From assembly GCA_002633005.1 (NCBI GenBank), contig NMRA01000011.1, forward strand, positions 1,248,781 to 1,312,780: a stretch of 64,000 nucleotides of DNA, read 5' to 3'. Source of the stretch: Phoronis australis (Eukaryota > Animalia > Phoronida). This document shows, one piece after another, positions 50,725-64,000 of the stretch (position 1 is its first letter; each line of letters opens with the position of its first letter). The notes under the pieces are model-generated. The model ran no database searches, had not been told where the DNA came from, and worked only from the letters and a program-made list of their open reading frames with translations. The translations under genes were made by a program, and so were the position numbers.

Positions 50725-53634
50725 TTTGTAGCATCATTTGCTAATTTGCATATTTTGTTATTGGGTGTGTCTAGAGAAGCAGCAGGCCTGTGTACCATGT
50801 GCGAAGTGTGCGTATTTGTACGGAAATTTGACATGTAGTATGGTAGTATGCATTGAGTGCAAAAAATGTGTGAATCAAAACAACTTAGGTGAACCATTTG
50901 TTTCTTTAACTAATCCATGATCAATGTATGGCTGAAGTCAAAGAAGAAAGTCTTGGGTTTTTGATGAAAAATTACAAAATTATGTTGGTTTCATGATTTT
51001 GAATGGAAAATGTTGAGTTGCCACAACGAGGGAAATGCACGCTTAACTCACAAGTGCTTGTAAATATAACGGGTTTTGGAAGACAAGAATTGGGTTAACA
51101 TACTTCTTAGTGTTGTTGAAAAAGGATGATTTGTCAATTCTGGTCAGCACTACAATTGTGACATAGATCTGCTGACAAGTGGGTCATGATCGTATTCGTA
51201 GACATAATGTTTGTCAACTTAGCGTATGGTCATGAGTATTTATTGGAGTATGGACTCTGAATCTTATTTCAGTAATAATTGGTCATGTATGAAGTTGTTT
51301 AAAATCTAAGAAACTGCACGTAAGACGTTGCTTTTAAGTGTTGAGTCTCGTTGCTAAAACAATGATTTTTTTTGAAAAATCTGCAAATCTGGTATTAAAT
51401 ACTGTACAGCACACTCCAAACCAGTTTCAATGGTACACAGGTCTGAAATATTATGCAGCTTGGTTGTAGACATCGACACATATCTTTTTGTGTTTATTCT
51501 TTCAACGGTAGTGTTTTCTATGGCCCAAGTACTGCAGAAATGTGTACCACATAGTCTTAAACCCTGTTGAAAATGGTGCTTGTATTGTTCACCAAATTGA
51601 TGTTTATCCAGTACAGATAAATAACTACCACTGATGTTGTTGCTGCTGCCTTCAAGAAGCCAATAGGGTCAGCTTCCTGCTCTGGATCAGTCTCAAAGTT
51701 TTGGCAAACTTTGATACCTGTCAACAAGTCATTAGTCATTACATTGCCTGTGGTGCTAAGCTTAGTACTTATTGTGTATGTTAAGGAGTGGCTTGAAAGA
51801 GTGGCTTTTTCAAGCCGTGTAAAAGAAAACTTTCCGTTAAACAAGCATTTATTATTTAGCATTATTTGGATTTGTGATGTTTACAATTTGAATATCTATA
51901 TTATTCAGGGTGTTTTTTTGTGTTTGTCGGTGCTCCAGTCAGCAGTAAAATGGCTGTGAAGTTTGCACATCTTCTGTTGTTAATGCATTTAAAGTGGACA
52001 TACCTCTGTGTTGTCAGAAAATGTGTTCATTTTGTCTTTGATATTCACCACTGGGAATATTTATGAATGTGTCTCTTTGTACTTAAAGTAAGCTATTTTT
52101 ATATTTGGGGATTAAGGCTAAGGTTGATTATTTTATGTCTTACATGATGTGTTCGCTTTTGTGATAGGTGTGGGGTTGTGTTGATTTAAATGCACATAGT
52201 CATTTTATGGAACACACGATTTGTTGGTGCTAATATAGGTATTGTTAATTACAGATCACGGACTTGTGATTAGATTATTTTAGCGTAAAGACTAGTAATA
52301 CAATCATTCAACAACAACCCACAGTGACTGTTGGTTTTTCTTGGGCATGCACTCGGGTGCATTTCAACTGGTTAGCCACTCGGGCAGAGCCAATGAATTG
52401 TATTATAAAAAGTACAGATATGTAACATGGTTTTGTGACTAGTCACCGCTGCTCTGCAAATGTCTCCTTTAGCTACTGAGAGAACTTGAATGATATTCAC
52501 ACTACCCAAAAGAATATAGGTATGTAAAGCGCGAGAATTCATGAATCTTTGGAATCACATATCGGTATTGTAACCTTGTACAATTTATTCTGCAGAAATC
52601 GTCAAATACTGGTACTTAGTGAACGTTTTGGATATGTATTGTTGAAAGATCGTGTCATTAGCCTTTCTGAGTGTATGATTTGTTTGGACGAATGTTTGTT
52701 AAAGCGTGGTTTGTTATTTTTACAGAACTGTAAATATTATATTTTTATTTAAGAGAAATAAAAAAATCATCACAATATCTGGGTCGCTTTTATGACATTG
52801 TAAAACCTTGAGAAGTTCACACCTTATCAACTCTCTTCAGCCAGCTGAATACACCTCTGGTCTTTTTACACTTGGATGCATAAACCAAGCCAAAACTGTA
52901 GCCTCAGGAACGCTTACAAGAAAAGAAAACATGAACACTTCAAAATATTTTCCTATTTTTTCCCTACAGAAACAAGTTATTATTACTTACTATACATTTT
53001 ACCTCTTATTTCATTACATGTGAACCACGTTGGGAGTTCATGCAAAAATACACATGCAAGTACAAGCAGTGGAAGGAAATCGAGAAATGTAGAGTATAGT
53101 GCATCTGACATTCCAGAGGATGGGGGCTATGTGTTTAAATGTGTCACCTATTGGTGATGTAGATCGCAACAAAACTTCAATAAAAATTCCAGTCTATGTA
53201 CCTGCAATATAATGTAGCCAACTACTGCTGATTGCTTTAATTAAAATAACACTTGTGCCAAAAGCTAAAGTAAACTCTTGCGTTGACTGGGAGACAATGT
53301 TCATATCAACCTGTGGGACTGCATCCCATAGACTGAAATAAAATACAATTCAAATTTGGAGATCAAAAAAAACTGATAAGAGGTCGAGTGAAATCAAAAT
53401 AGTGTTTTCAAGTTCAACTCCTCAATTTTCACCAATATTAATGCAAACTGAATAAAGTGTGGTATCGCAACTTGAGAAAACATTAAACAGATTCATATTT
53501 ACAATTAATTTCAATTAATTTTTGCGACTGTATTTCAACACAATCAAAGCCAACATTAGCACTATATAAAGTTTATCAAACACAGGCTGGTTCCGTTCTC
53601 ATTATCTAAAACAATCGTCCAACAAAGTCTTGGG

Positions 53635-56600
53635 TTATGTTTGACGCTGTGTAGTCTCGTTAGATTCATATAAGCCTGAGTATACAGGCTGATCACTATG
53701 TTCCCCAGATGCTGACATGTAAGTACTATCCTCCAATCTCTTGTTGTTCGTGTACAGATCATTTTCTGTCAATTCTGGTTCGTTCAAGGTAGCGAGTTCA
53801 TTTTCATCCACATACGAAGTATAGAGCTCAGCCGAGTTGTCGACCGCTTTCTCGGGTCTCCTCCTAAACTCTGTAGAGACATAGTCATAGTCATGAACTG
53901 AGCCCTGCCGCGCACTGTTATCAATTCGTAGAGGTTTCAGCGCTGTTTGATTGGCAGATAAGCTGGAATCTTGCCGTCTTTTGTACCTGAAACAAGACAA
54001 AAGTACACAACATTTTATTCATGTTTTATCGCTTAATAAAAGCATGAAAATTTTGAGACATCCAGTTGAGAAAACAAATAAAGTTTAAGTCTAATACTGG
54101 AATAAAAACTTACAAAAATCAGCGATGTTGCGTCCGCACCTCACGGACTTTGTGATGTTAGCGCTATTCTGGCCAATTGGTGGCGTTTTGACCAGACGGC
54201 GCGTCATTGATGTCAGAACACCATCCCATACGTGTGACAAATTGAATCTTAAACTGGCTCTTTTCTTTAAAGAGGGACTCTCAATGCGCTCATGGAGAGC
54301 TTCCTTTACACCCCTTCACAAGCTAATGCCACTGTGCCATGTATGGAAAAAATGAGCTACAAAATGTTATGTGACAGTGACATCATTGTCACCTCGACTT
54401 TGGAGGTAAATGCAGCTAAGATTTTGCTCTAAAAACTGACTGAGAGACTGTGGCTGGCCATAGTCTTGTAAAGTGTCAATTTCAACAGTGCGGTGCAGAA
54501 GACCCTAAGGGAATACAAACTTCCCACCGACAACCGTAACTCCTGGCTGTAACTACTGTGACTCAAAATTGATCGATATCGGTATATGAAATGTGCCTTA
54601 GTATATTGACCTGTCCATTAATTCCTTCAAGCAAATTATGAGTGGTTCTTTTCCATGCATTGGGTGCTTAATTGATAGTTATTAAAAGTGTAGGGTGGGC
54701 ACTTAACCGAGCAGTGGAAATTACTTTAAAAATGTCTATTGGAGGAGCTCACCTCAAGTACAAGATGACTATCACTATGGCAACGGCCACAACCAGCAGG
54801 CCACCAAGAACACCTCCAACAATACCACCAACATCTAAATACACAAAACAAGACACATCAGATAACAGCCTGAAAAGCATGAATCTACAACTACAAGATT
54901 TGTGTAACAAAGCAGTTATAAAAAATGCAGGACCAAGTACTTGATTCAAGCAACTAATAGACTAAGTGTAAGTTAGCAATTTCTATTAATTATAGAACAC
55001 AAAACAAACAAAAATGGCACAACCCTAGAAATCACAGGGCATGATCATTTGCAAGTAAAGCAAACTGAGGGTCAATTATGCGAACGAAATACTACCAATA
55101 AATGCAATCTAAATGACAATATCTATATGTAACATGAATAATGGTACTAAAATTGTATTTTTATTACCAGCAGAATCCCACTAAGTAAACATAGAATCCG
55201 CTAATAAGTGTGACCAACACATGTGTAAGTAACAAACAGCAAGAGGTGAAAGTGATCCGATGCAAAAGAACATAGTTTAAGTAACTAAAATTGCAAAAGG
55301 AGAAATTCGGTTTGACCATTTGACAAAACATGTGATTTGACATATAAAACCAGTTGATTTCCACAACATGTTGGTTGGCAAATCCAATATTCGCACGCTT
55401 ACTCCGAGGGCTTAGATCCCTGATAGGATTTTCACACAAAGTATGACGTACAAAGGAGCCAAGCTGAAGGAACCCTCTTCAAATTGACGCATTTGGTTTT
55501 AGTGTAGACATTTTCCTGGAATACAGATGTTCCTTTTTTGCAAGGTCTACTACTTCCAATTGTGAACAATTCTTGATGCATGTTCACGTCTTTGGCGCTA
55601 GTACTTTCAAAGTGAACAATTCTCGAAGCATGTTCACCAACATCCGTAAACGTTCGGGTTAACGCCCACTGCTCGGTTAACCGCCCACCCCCGATTTTTT
55701 GGATTCGCCAATTTAACCGCCCAGGGCGTTAACCCGAACGATTACGGTAAGTGCAAACCCAGTCGGCAACCAAAAGTGAGAGTGTGAGAGAGGACAAGCT
55801 CAACTCACAAACCTATATGCATCTGGTTACTCAATCTAACTCAGTCTGCTCAATTGATTACAAGACTGCACCATCATTGTATGCAGTTCACGTGAGACTT
55901 ACATTCTAACAATCAGTGAACAACTCTAGCTAAAACAAAAATAAAATAATACCTGAAGACTCTGACATTGGCATAACCGTAGCGACAGCTGTGCAGTTGA
56001 CAGGTAGAAGAGGAACAACTGGAAAGATAAATTAATAATTCATTACAACAGACATTCAACTTTGGATTGGAGATTTTTAGCAGGTAATAAGTTTTCGTCT
56101 GTTTTTTGAAATGCCAGCTGAAATAGGTCAGGAGTCTTCTTTATTACGCGTGATCCAGCTTAGCACAGGTGCAGGTACTTCAAAATGAGTCGAGCACAAA
56201 CCAAAGCCAGTTGTGCTATTTTTTTACCTCACAAGTTTGGCGTATAAATTTTTTTAAACTTTAAAACAAATTTACAAGCATAGATCTTAAACAGGATCCG
56301 GGAGGATGTGTCCCACCTGCAGTGTTTTTGAACAACGTTTGTGTCATAGAAATGGTTGTGATGTTTTTGAACAACATGTGTGTTATGAAATAATTGAAAT
56401 GTCTTTAGGCCCTTTCATATTGACTTAACTCCGGTCTGAGCGGAGCATCGACGTAAACAGCGCAGTTAACTGGACCGTTCATACTGGCTTCGGTAGTTAA
56501 TGACCATCGAAGTAAACGGTTGGTGACGCTGTCGTCATCGAAGTTATCGCAAGGTAGCACTGCACGCTAAGATTTTTTTCAATGAGACGATTTGAGAACC

Positions 56601-59600
56601 TTTACATGTGCTAAATGACATTAAACTTATTTTTAAATCGATTAGTTGTTATTAGAGCAAAACATAAGCAGCTATTAGTAACGACACTACCCTGTAACTG
56701 TGGCACCTGGCGATAACTTTGATTGGACCGAAGTTAAGCGTTCATACTGCACCGCAGCGTTGACGCTGCGCTATTAAATCCACCTGTTAACTGGAGCAGT
56801 TAACTGCGATCCAGGACCGGAGTTAAGCGTTCATACTGACCGCAACTCCCAAAACCATTGACGCGTCGACGTAAGTATGAAAGGGCCTTCTGAACAACTC
56901 ATTCGCCATGGAAACATTAGTGACGTTTTTGAACTACCCACGTGCCATGGAACTATTTTGTGTCCATGGCAATGTTGCATCCCAGTAACTGAAAAAATTG
57001 GAAAAAACTACTCTTTAAAGCAACTATCATACTAGTGCCCAGATGCATGATGGGAGGGTATGCTGCCTCCTTAACTGCAAAAAAGCTGATGGAAACCAGA
57101 AATTGATAGAGAAGGCTAGTGTTTACTGCAGGACAGAGGATTTTTCATGATGAACGGTTGACAAATTAGAATTGTTTGTTGATAAGAAAACCTTGTTCAA
57201 CATCCCTTGATATCTAACACTAGTTTTCCTCTGCTTAATGTGTAAGCTTACCAGTCACTTCAATTGCAAACAATCCATTCTCTTTGAAACCAAGAGTTAA
57301 ACTGTTTGACGTTCCTCTGAAAGTGTGGTCATCACTTCTAAAGCAAATCGGAGTGACAGTTTGTCCTGAACACGTTTGCTGTTTAACTATCATTGAAGCA
57401 GAATTCTGGTCACACAGTCCCCGCTCTTCAGTGAAATAGTTGGAAGAAAGCACAAAACTATGATTGCCGAGGGTCTCGATTGTTAGTTCGCAGTATTTCT
57501 TCTGAGATTCCGCAGGATACCCATGAGACACCACAGAGAGAGATGATCCCGGCTCAGCTTGGACTTTAGTTGCATTGCAAAGCTCGTAAAATGCAGCACC
57601 AACTGAAATTAAGATTAATTATGATATCCCTCATATACCTGACTGCAAAATAACCCTGACTTGTTCAATATACTGTGGCAACTAGTGAAACACATTTTTC
57701 GAATTAATGAAGCTTTATTTGAAAATGAAATTTATTGAAAAAGACAAATTTCCATTTTAATATTCCATTCAACATAACTTTCTGTGAGAATAAAAAGTCT
57801 TAAGATAAAACTATGTCGACAACACAGCCCCAAATTGCTTGCTCGAGATGATTAACAATCAGATGCTAATGGTTTACAGATTAGCCAATGAGTACAACCA
57901 CAGGGTACAGTAATTGGACATATTTAAATGAGCAAAAAGGCATGTGAACAATTGTAACTCTTACATTCTTTTGAATTTATAACTTGAGTAAATGAAGTAC
58001 ATTTCAACCAGTCATCTCCCTGAAATATTGCATTATTAGGAGCAAGGCCAGAAGAACTGTGGTGTCATTTGGCTCCAGAGTGTTCGGCCGATTCCTCACC
58101 TCATTTTCGCCCTATTCGCTCATAACTTCCAGAGCTTTAAATTCCAGGTTGCTTCAGACATATTTAAGGGACCAAATAAAATTTCAACACGTATTTTGAT
58201 TCTAATTCACATTTGTTCTTTGCATCTTACCATGTGTGTTGATTCGCCGAGATAGAGTAAGCCTCATTCTTATTTTGATCCACATTTTTATGCGATAAGT
58301 TGGTACATATAATCAGTAACATACCTTTGTATTCAATACGAAACAGGCCAGAATTCCCATCCATTGTCTGAAGCATAAGGTTGAATCCTCGTCGTGGATA
58401 TGCCGTCAAACTCTTATCACCAGGCAAAAACTGTGATAAAAGTCTATTATCCACAAATAACATCACATCTCCTTGATTCCATGTTCCATTAACGTGTCTT
58501 ATTGAAAGCTTCTTGTAGGCAGTTTGGATATTGACAGAGCAGACCAGTGCCTCATTGTACATAGACGGGTAGTATGGAGACAAGATGACACCGGTGGTGG
58601 GCTCAGTGACACTTTGAGACTGGCAAAGTTCGTACAGCGAGGGTGACTCCTCTAGCACTAAAATAATGAAGAGTAATCAAAGGTGCGATATATCTACAAA
58701 AAGAAGAAAAACTTTTGACTAAGGCCAGTTATTGAAATAAAATGTATCTCTACGAAAAAGTTGTTTTTGATGCCAGAACATGGTATCACTTTTCTAATGC
58801 ATCCCAGACCTGCATGCGCATCACATCAGAACTCTAGATCATGCGTATAAAATCAGTCACATAACATCCCAATACTTCTCCACCAAATCTATGAATCTTC
58901 TTTTCTTTAAAATTTTGATGCCCTATGGCAAATATCTAAAAATTATGCCTAATATGCATCTAAAAGGTAACAAATATTTTTACCTATTCCAGGTTGATTT
59001 GACTCAATAATAATATATGTCAATTTTCATTTATGGTTTCATTGTGTACACATTAAAAAGGGAGAAAATCAAAACCAGCTGGCTGCAATGCAAAAACCTA
59101 ATGGACAGTGTTCTAAGTTGGTGGTCGCACCTCAAAATGCGATGCCCCGTACCTCAAAACCAGGTGGCTGCTTGCAAAAAGCTAGTTGGCTGGACCTAAA
59201 ATGCATTGGCCGGTGCTCAAACACAATGGCCGGACGAATTGCGGATTTTGAACAAAACAAACGGGTATGAAAAATAAACACTAGATGTCACTTGAGTCAT
59301 TCAAGACTTTCAAAGCGAGTCTCTGAGGAAGACTGGCCATTATGTTTGATCACCAGCCAACTGATTTTAGCACCGGCCATCGTGTTTAGGGTCCAGCCAA
59401 CTAGCTTTTTTGAATGAGGCCATCGCGTTTGATCACCGGCCATTTGGTTTTGCAGTTCTGCCAAATGAATTTTGAATTAAGTCCGGGCAAGTGGTTTTGA
59501 ATTGTTAATTCCCCTTGATTAACCTCTGTTCTTATCAGATCAGCTTGAGCACAGAATTCCACACAAATCCAAAACTCGTTTTTTCCATTATGACTGTAAA

Positions 59601-62001
59601 TTACTAAAAACATTTTTCTCAAACTCAAAACCGAGCGGATGTATGCATCGAATAACGTTCTTAACTCCGTAAAGCCTTTTCACCACTGATTTCACTGTAC
59701 TGTACTTGAACAACCAAGCTGATGCTTGGAGCATTTCTCAGTTGCAGAGAATACATTTTTGACCAACTATATTACTAGTACTCTTTTCCAGCTGAATGAT
59801 TGAATATTTTTTCAAGATTGTGATTCAACAGCGGCAACTCTCAGTACAGACTACCTTGTTTTTCAGCCTCATTATTTATGATTAAATAAATTATATTATT
59901 GATAATTTTATTTTATTAACATTTTTATATATTCATTTTCAGAGGTTTTATACTTAACATGTTTTATCCTCTAGAAATAGAGGTAAGATTTCCTTAAATA
60001 TATTTTGCTGGTTGAAATAACATAGCTGAACTTGGAACACCACAATAAACATGGAATGCTGAGTTCACACAATCAAACTGAAGATCAAACAAGCGGCCAT
60101 GTTTGAAGAAAATAACAGGTTTCATTTGGCTTTGTACACATTTGAAAGCTTACAAACCTCTTCTTTAAACCTCAAGTTCACATATATGTGACCTTGAGAT
60201 CAAGTGTAATTTTAGTTCAAGCACAACTTAAAAATCCCTAAAGGAAATACAATAGCGAAGATTCCTAAGAAGTCAGTGAGTATGCATAGTCCCATAAAGC
60301 TTGACAATTGACAAAACATTTCTAAAATGTGATTTGCACAAGAAATTTGACTTGCACAAGACAGCCTGCATGTACACATGTATAACATAGCACAGAAGCA
60401 GAGGAATATATTGTACGGACAATTGCAACCCATACGCCCTTTTTCATGTACGATTTACAAGGAATCTATTGGCAGGCTTTTTTTAAATTTGACATTTTTC
60501 AAAATCTTGTCAAACCTACCTTGAAAGAAAAACTTGAAACTCTTGAAGTTAGGACAAGAACCGGTCAGAGACATAGACAGATGAGCAGATGATGATGTGT
60601 ATGTCCAGTTAGCACGTAGGGGGCGCTGAGTGATGGTCTCCACAACATGCGTGTTATCTTTGACAGTAAAGCGAACAGGGGTGAAAAGCTGGAGTTGAGA
60701 TGAGCACGCAGTATTGGTATTTGAGTATACATAGAGAATATTTATCAACCGAATGGGTTTATTGGTAGACAAAACCGAGATCTCACAGTTTTGACCATTA
60801 CTGTTCCCTGGATAGTGTGGGCTTGTTATGAAACCCATCATAACATTATTGATCTGTGAAGTTTCACCGCACTCGAAACTTGGAAGGGTGCCTACAACAA
60901 TAAAAGTAAGTTTTCTAAATACCAGTTCTAGACCTTGTGAAACTAAAATTATTTCTAACAACTTGTGAACATTGGTTGCCGTATGAGCATCTAAACAGTT
61001 CTTCAGTTCAACTACCCCGCATTGTCTCCTACTTGCAGTTAGAATAGCAGGTGCTGCAAACTCTCAACAGTTTTAGGACACAATATGACAGATAACTGAA
61101 ATTTTATTTCTGCAAGTTTTTTACTTGAGATAATTCATCAAATAAATGATTTTGAAATTCTTCACTTTCTGATACCGACCATCAGACAATGTTTTGAGAA
61201 TTTGCCGAACTTTGTGAATGTTAGAAGCCTTTGAAAAATGAAAAAAATATCGATTTTGGCAATTGTCTTGGTGCAAAAGTAAAGATTTTATCACAAACAT
61301 ACTTAAACGCCATAATCACCAGCTGGTTACATCACATGACCCATTACTATATCAATTCTGAAGATTTCTGTCCTGACCACTGATGCCATGTTCGAACCCC
61401 TGTATTATGGTCATGTGACATGCCATGAAGCATAGAAGACTGGCACTTCTTCAATGTACTGCTTTATGACACCATGTTTATAAACAAGCTGTAACTGTTA
61501 AACTTGCTCTGAGTGCCAAGCTAACATATGGGTTGTTACTTAGACCAAGACAACTTAACTTCTGCTTAACAGAATCCCACGAAGCAAACATTTCAAATAA
61601 AGAGATTCAATCTATCAAAATTCAAATCTTACTGTTGAATATCAACTTGAAACCTTCCACAAAGAGCGACGGCCGAATGTCTCCATCAGTATGCAAGATT
61701 ATCTTGACATTCTTGCCCAATAGCAAATCCTTCGGGAAGGAACCGGTTTTTGCGCCACAAAACTTCTCGCTGCTCAATCCATCCGAAATCTCCAAATATT
61801 GTTTTGCACAGTTGTCCGAGTGTATCAGGCTAACATCTCGCACGGTTACTTTAATACTCGTCACTGAATAAAGTTCTACAACACAGTCGGCGTGTACAGG
61901 AAACACTCCTGGATAGTTGAGACTAGTTACAGAACCGTAGTCATACTTGAGGAGATTGACACGGTGATGACTAGACGGATCACAATGAAATTCTTGTAAT
62001 C
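53635..62001 (-). CDS. Multi-CUB-domain single-pass transmembrane protein with Tyr-rich cytoplasmic tail (5' end not located)
   Basis: Phase-1 symmetric exons 62001-61633 (GSVTSLNYPGVFPVHADC..YLEISDG..KFCG..F(K)L.F), 60891-60520 (GFITSPHYPGN..C), 58657-58325 (GVILSPYYPSMY..C) and 57602-57252 (VVSHGYP..C), each a CUB-like domain. Then stalk exon 56018-55953, TM exon 54834-54753 (GGIVGGVLGGLLVVAVAIVIVILYLR) and last exon 53986-53635 (YKRR..). Frames join without stops. Confidence 0.85.
55644..55749. mobile_element. ~106-bp minimal MITE of the same family as 16568-19253
   Basis: CCGTAAACGTTCGGGTTAACGCCC..GGGCGTTAACCCGAACGATTACGG(TA). Confidence 0.8.
56406..56889. mobile_element. MITE copy (family of 38764-39278)
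   Basis: AGGCCCTTTCATATTGAC / GTAAGTATGAAAGGGCCT TIRs and a colinear interior. Confidence 0.82.
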
Positions 62002-62560
62002 CTGAAAGCAACAGAGTTATTGAAGTGAACTTAAATTTGCTAGATCTCAGTTTGGTTTAAAAACTCCCCAAAGACGTAAAACCTTGCATTCTCTAACAAC
62101 AATGCCACGAAAACTTTTACTGAGTCACCAGGAACATCTGATATGTGATTGTTAAAGAATGCATCAGCAGGCAACTTTGGTGATATAAGGAACCAGATCA
62201 GATCACATTCGTTTCAATGAATAACATAGGAATCATCTATCATCTTGGGTGATCCCCCATCCCTACTGGACTCCATAGGAATGTGCAACATATCTAACTC
62301 ACTTTATGGCAAAGTCAGCACAGCCTTTTCCAATTACTGGCTGGCAACTACATAACTTCTGGTAGTAAGACACCATAATTTTAGTATCTCCTGTACAAGT
62401 TGAAATCTGACTAAGACTTTTCGATGTTCTCCACATCTGAAGTGCCCGAATGGCACAACATATTTTGGGTCGACAACTAACGTTCTCTGAATTGCACATT
62501 TACTTGCTTTGTTGCCCAGTTGGAATTTATTCTAGTTTCAGTGGGCTACTGGTCACTTAC

Positions 62561-62617
62561 TGCTATGGTCAGTTGTTGCTGCTATGGTCAGTTGTTGCTG
62601 CTATGGTCAGTTGTTAC
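62561..62617. repeat. 19-bp tandem repeat x3
   Basis: TGCTATGGTCAGTTGTTGC. Confidence 0.85.
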
Positions 62618-64000
62618 TAAGCAGTGATTAGAAGCCATTGTAATTTGCCTTTTTATGATCATGGTATCAATAACTTATAGAATTCTACAGCAATTAAATA
62701 ATTTTCTGCCTTAAAATGTCTTCAGAGCAAGGTACCTAATAAAAGGGGACTAAAAACGATCACAGGTTTTAGCTTGATAGATGTGGTTACTCTCACGGTG
62801 AGGGTTCTGTAATAGAAGAGGTACATGGCACCTGGCACTCAGAAATTAGGTGACATTTTTCACAACCAGGGACCTTTTCTGACAAAATTCCCTCTCAAAT
62901 GGCACCTTTTCCAGTGTATTTCCCTACAAAAGAGACACTCCTGGACTCGAAACTCCAGAATTGGTTCCTTAATGCAGTTTTTAATATTATCTTTATCTTA
63001 AAACTTTTGATGCAAATGGATGCACTCATGTTTGACAATAAGGCATTTCTTCTAGTGTTACGGTTCAGGTTCTTGGGTTAAAATTCATCTGTCTCAGAAT
63101 TCCTAGGAAAGGGTTAATCAGTTTATGAAAATAATAAGGTTATAAAAGGATGGGATTTCTGGAAAAGCTTGAAGATTTAGGATGACTTTTTCATAGAAGT
63201 ATCTCACTGACAGGTCACATTTTTCGAATCCACAATCTAGTAAATGGATCGGCATTACGTAACAGCCAAATCTGGTAAGAGCCTTTAGTCAAGGGTAGGG
63301 GCTCTTATCTCATTTTATTACCCCCAGTATCAACACTATAGTGTGATGTTAACTTGTACAGTACAGCCACATAAGTTATGAGTTGTGAATATTTAGTTGC
63401 AGGCCAATTATCTACCACACTTCAAAGAGTAACTTAAATGGGTACTAGAGAAACGAAACCTAACACAACTATTTTAGATATTTATTTACTTATTTAGATG
63501 AAAAGTGATCCTCTTCCCAACCTAACATTTCACAAAGAATTCAATTTCAGAAGCCAAACAATCCACCCAATTTAGACCATGATGTATCAATTTATCAATT
63601 TATTTTGGCTAGTCTTATGTTGTTGTGAAGAGTTCACTCTAATGGAGTGACTGACCTGCTTCACACACAAGGACAGTAGATCAGTACTCTTGATAAACAG
63701 CCTTCTTGAGGTTATAGACCGGCAGCCCAGAGCACTTAGCATAGATGAACGAGGTACCAACATCTGACCACGGGAGCATTTAAAGTCCACCTCAGTATGT
63801 ACAGAAATGGACGTCTGCCGTTGTCTGCACTCTGGGTGTGACCCCTGGGGGCCTTACAAAGACCCCAAAAAATGAGCTAGACTAGATATTCGAGGTACCA
63901 ACCAAAACTGATTTAAAACGAACAATAATACCGCACTGAACACCGAATGACCCATGACAGACAAATTGCACTCTGGAATGGGTCCGGCAGAAGCCAAAAA

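Noticed and set aside
50291-50744. Overlapping Cys-rich repetitive ORFs in several frames; superficially CRISPR-like periodicity
   Set aside because: They are translations of a 22-bp minisatellite with no unique spacers, no cas genes and no splice or protein signature.
62002-64000. Further 5' exons or signal peptide of the CUB gene
   Set aside because: No convincing phase-1 exon with signal-peptide or CUB character was found; the start probably lies beyond the window or in a short exon I cannot identify.

Overview
AT-rich, intron-containing eukaryotic (invertebrate animal) genomic DNA; the species cannot be determined from the sequence alone. Most entries in the supplied ORF track are chance ORFs or single exons. 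Reading splice sites and frames by hand gives four protein-coding genes. (1) Syntaxin-8 on the minus strand: 8 coding exons, 24551->4033, 236 aa, with a U12-type intron, a GC-AG intron and a probable 3'UTR intron. (2) A secreted coiled-coil C-type lectin (+, 14616-15873) nested antisense in syntaxin-8 intron 2. (3) A Fringe-family beta-1,3-GlcNAc transferase (+, 24885-49985), head-to-head with syntaxin-8; one expected exon could not be found and one exon is duplicated across an N. (4) The 3' part of a multi-CUB-domain single-pass membrane protein with a tyrosine-rich tail (-, at least 62001->53635). Introns contain tRNA-derived SINEs, several MITE families, Helentron/HINE-like elements, a foldback palindrome and minisatellites. 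No prokaryotic features, CRISPR arrays or rRNA/tRNA genes were seen. I cannot demonstrate a wholly new biological system; the best leads are listed as findings.
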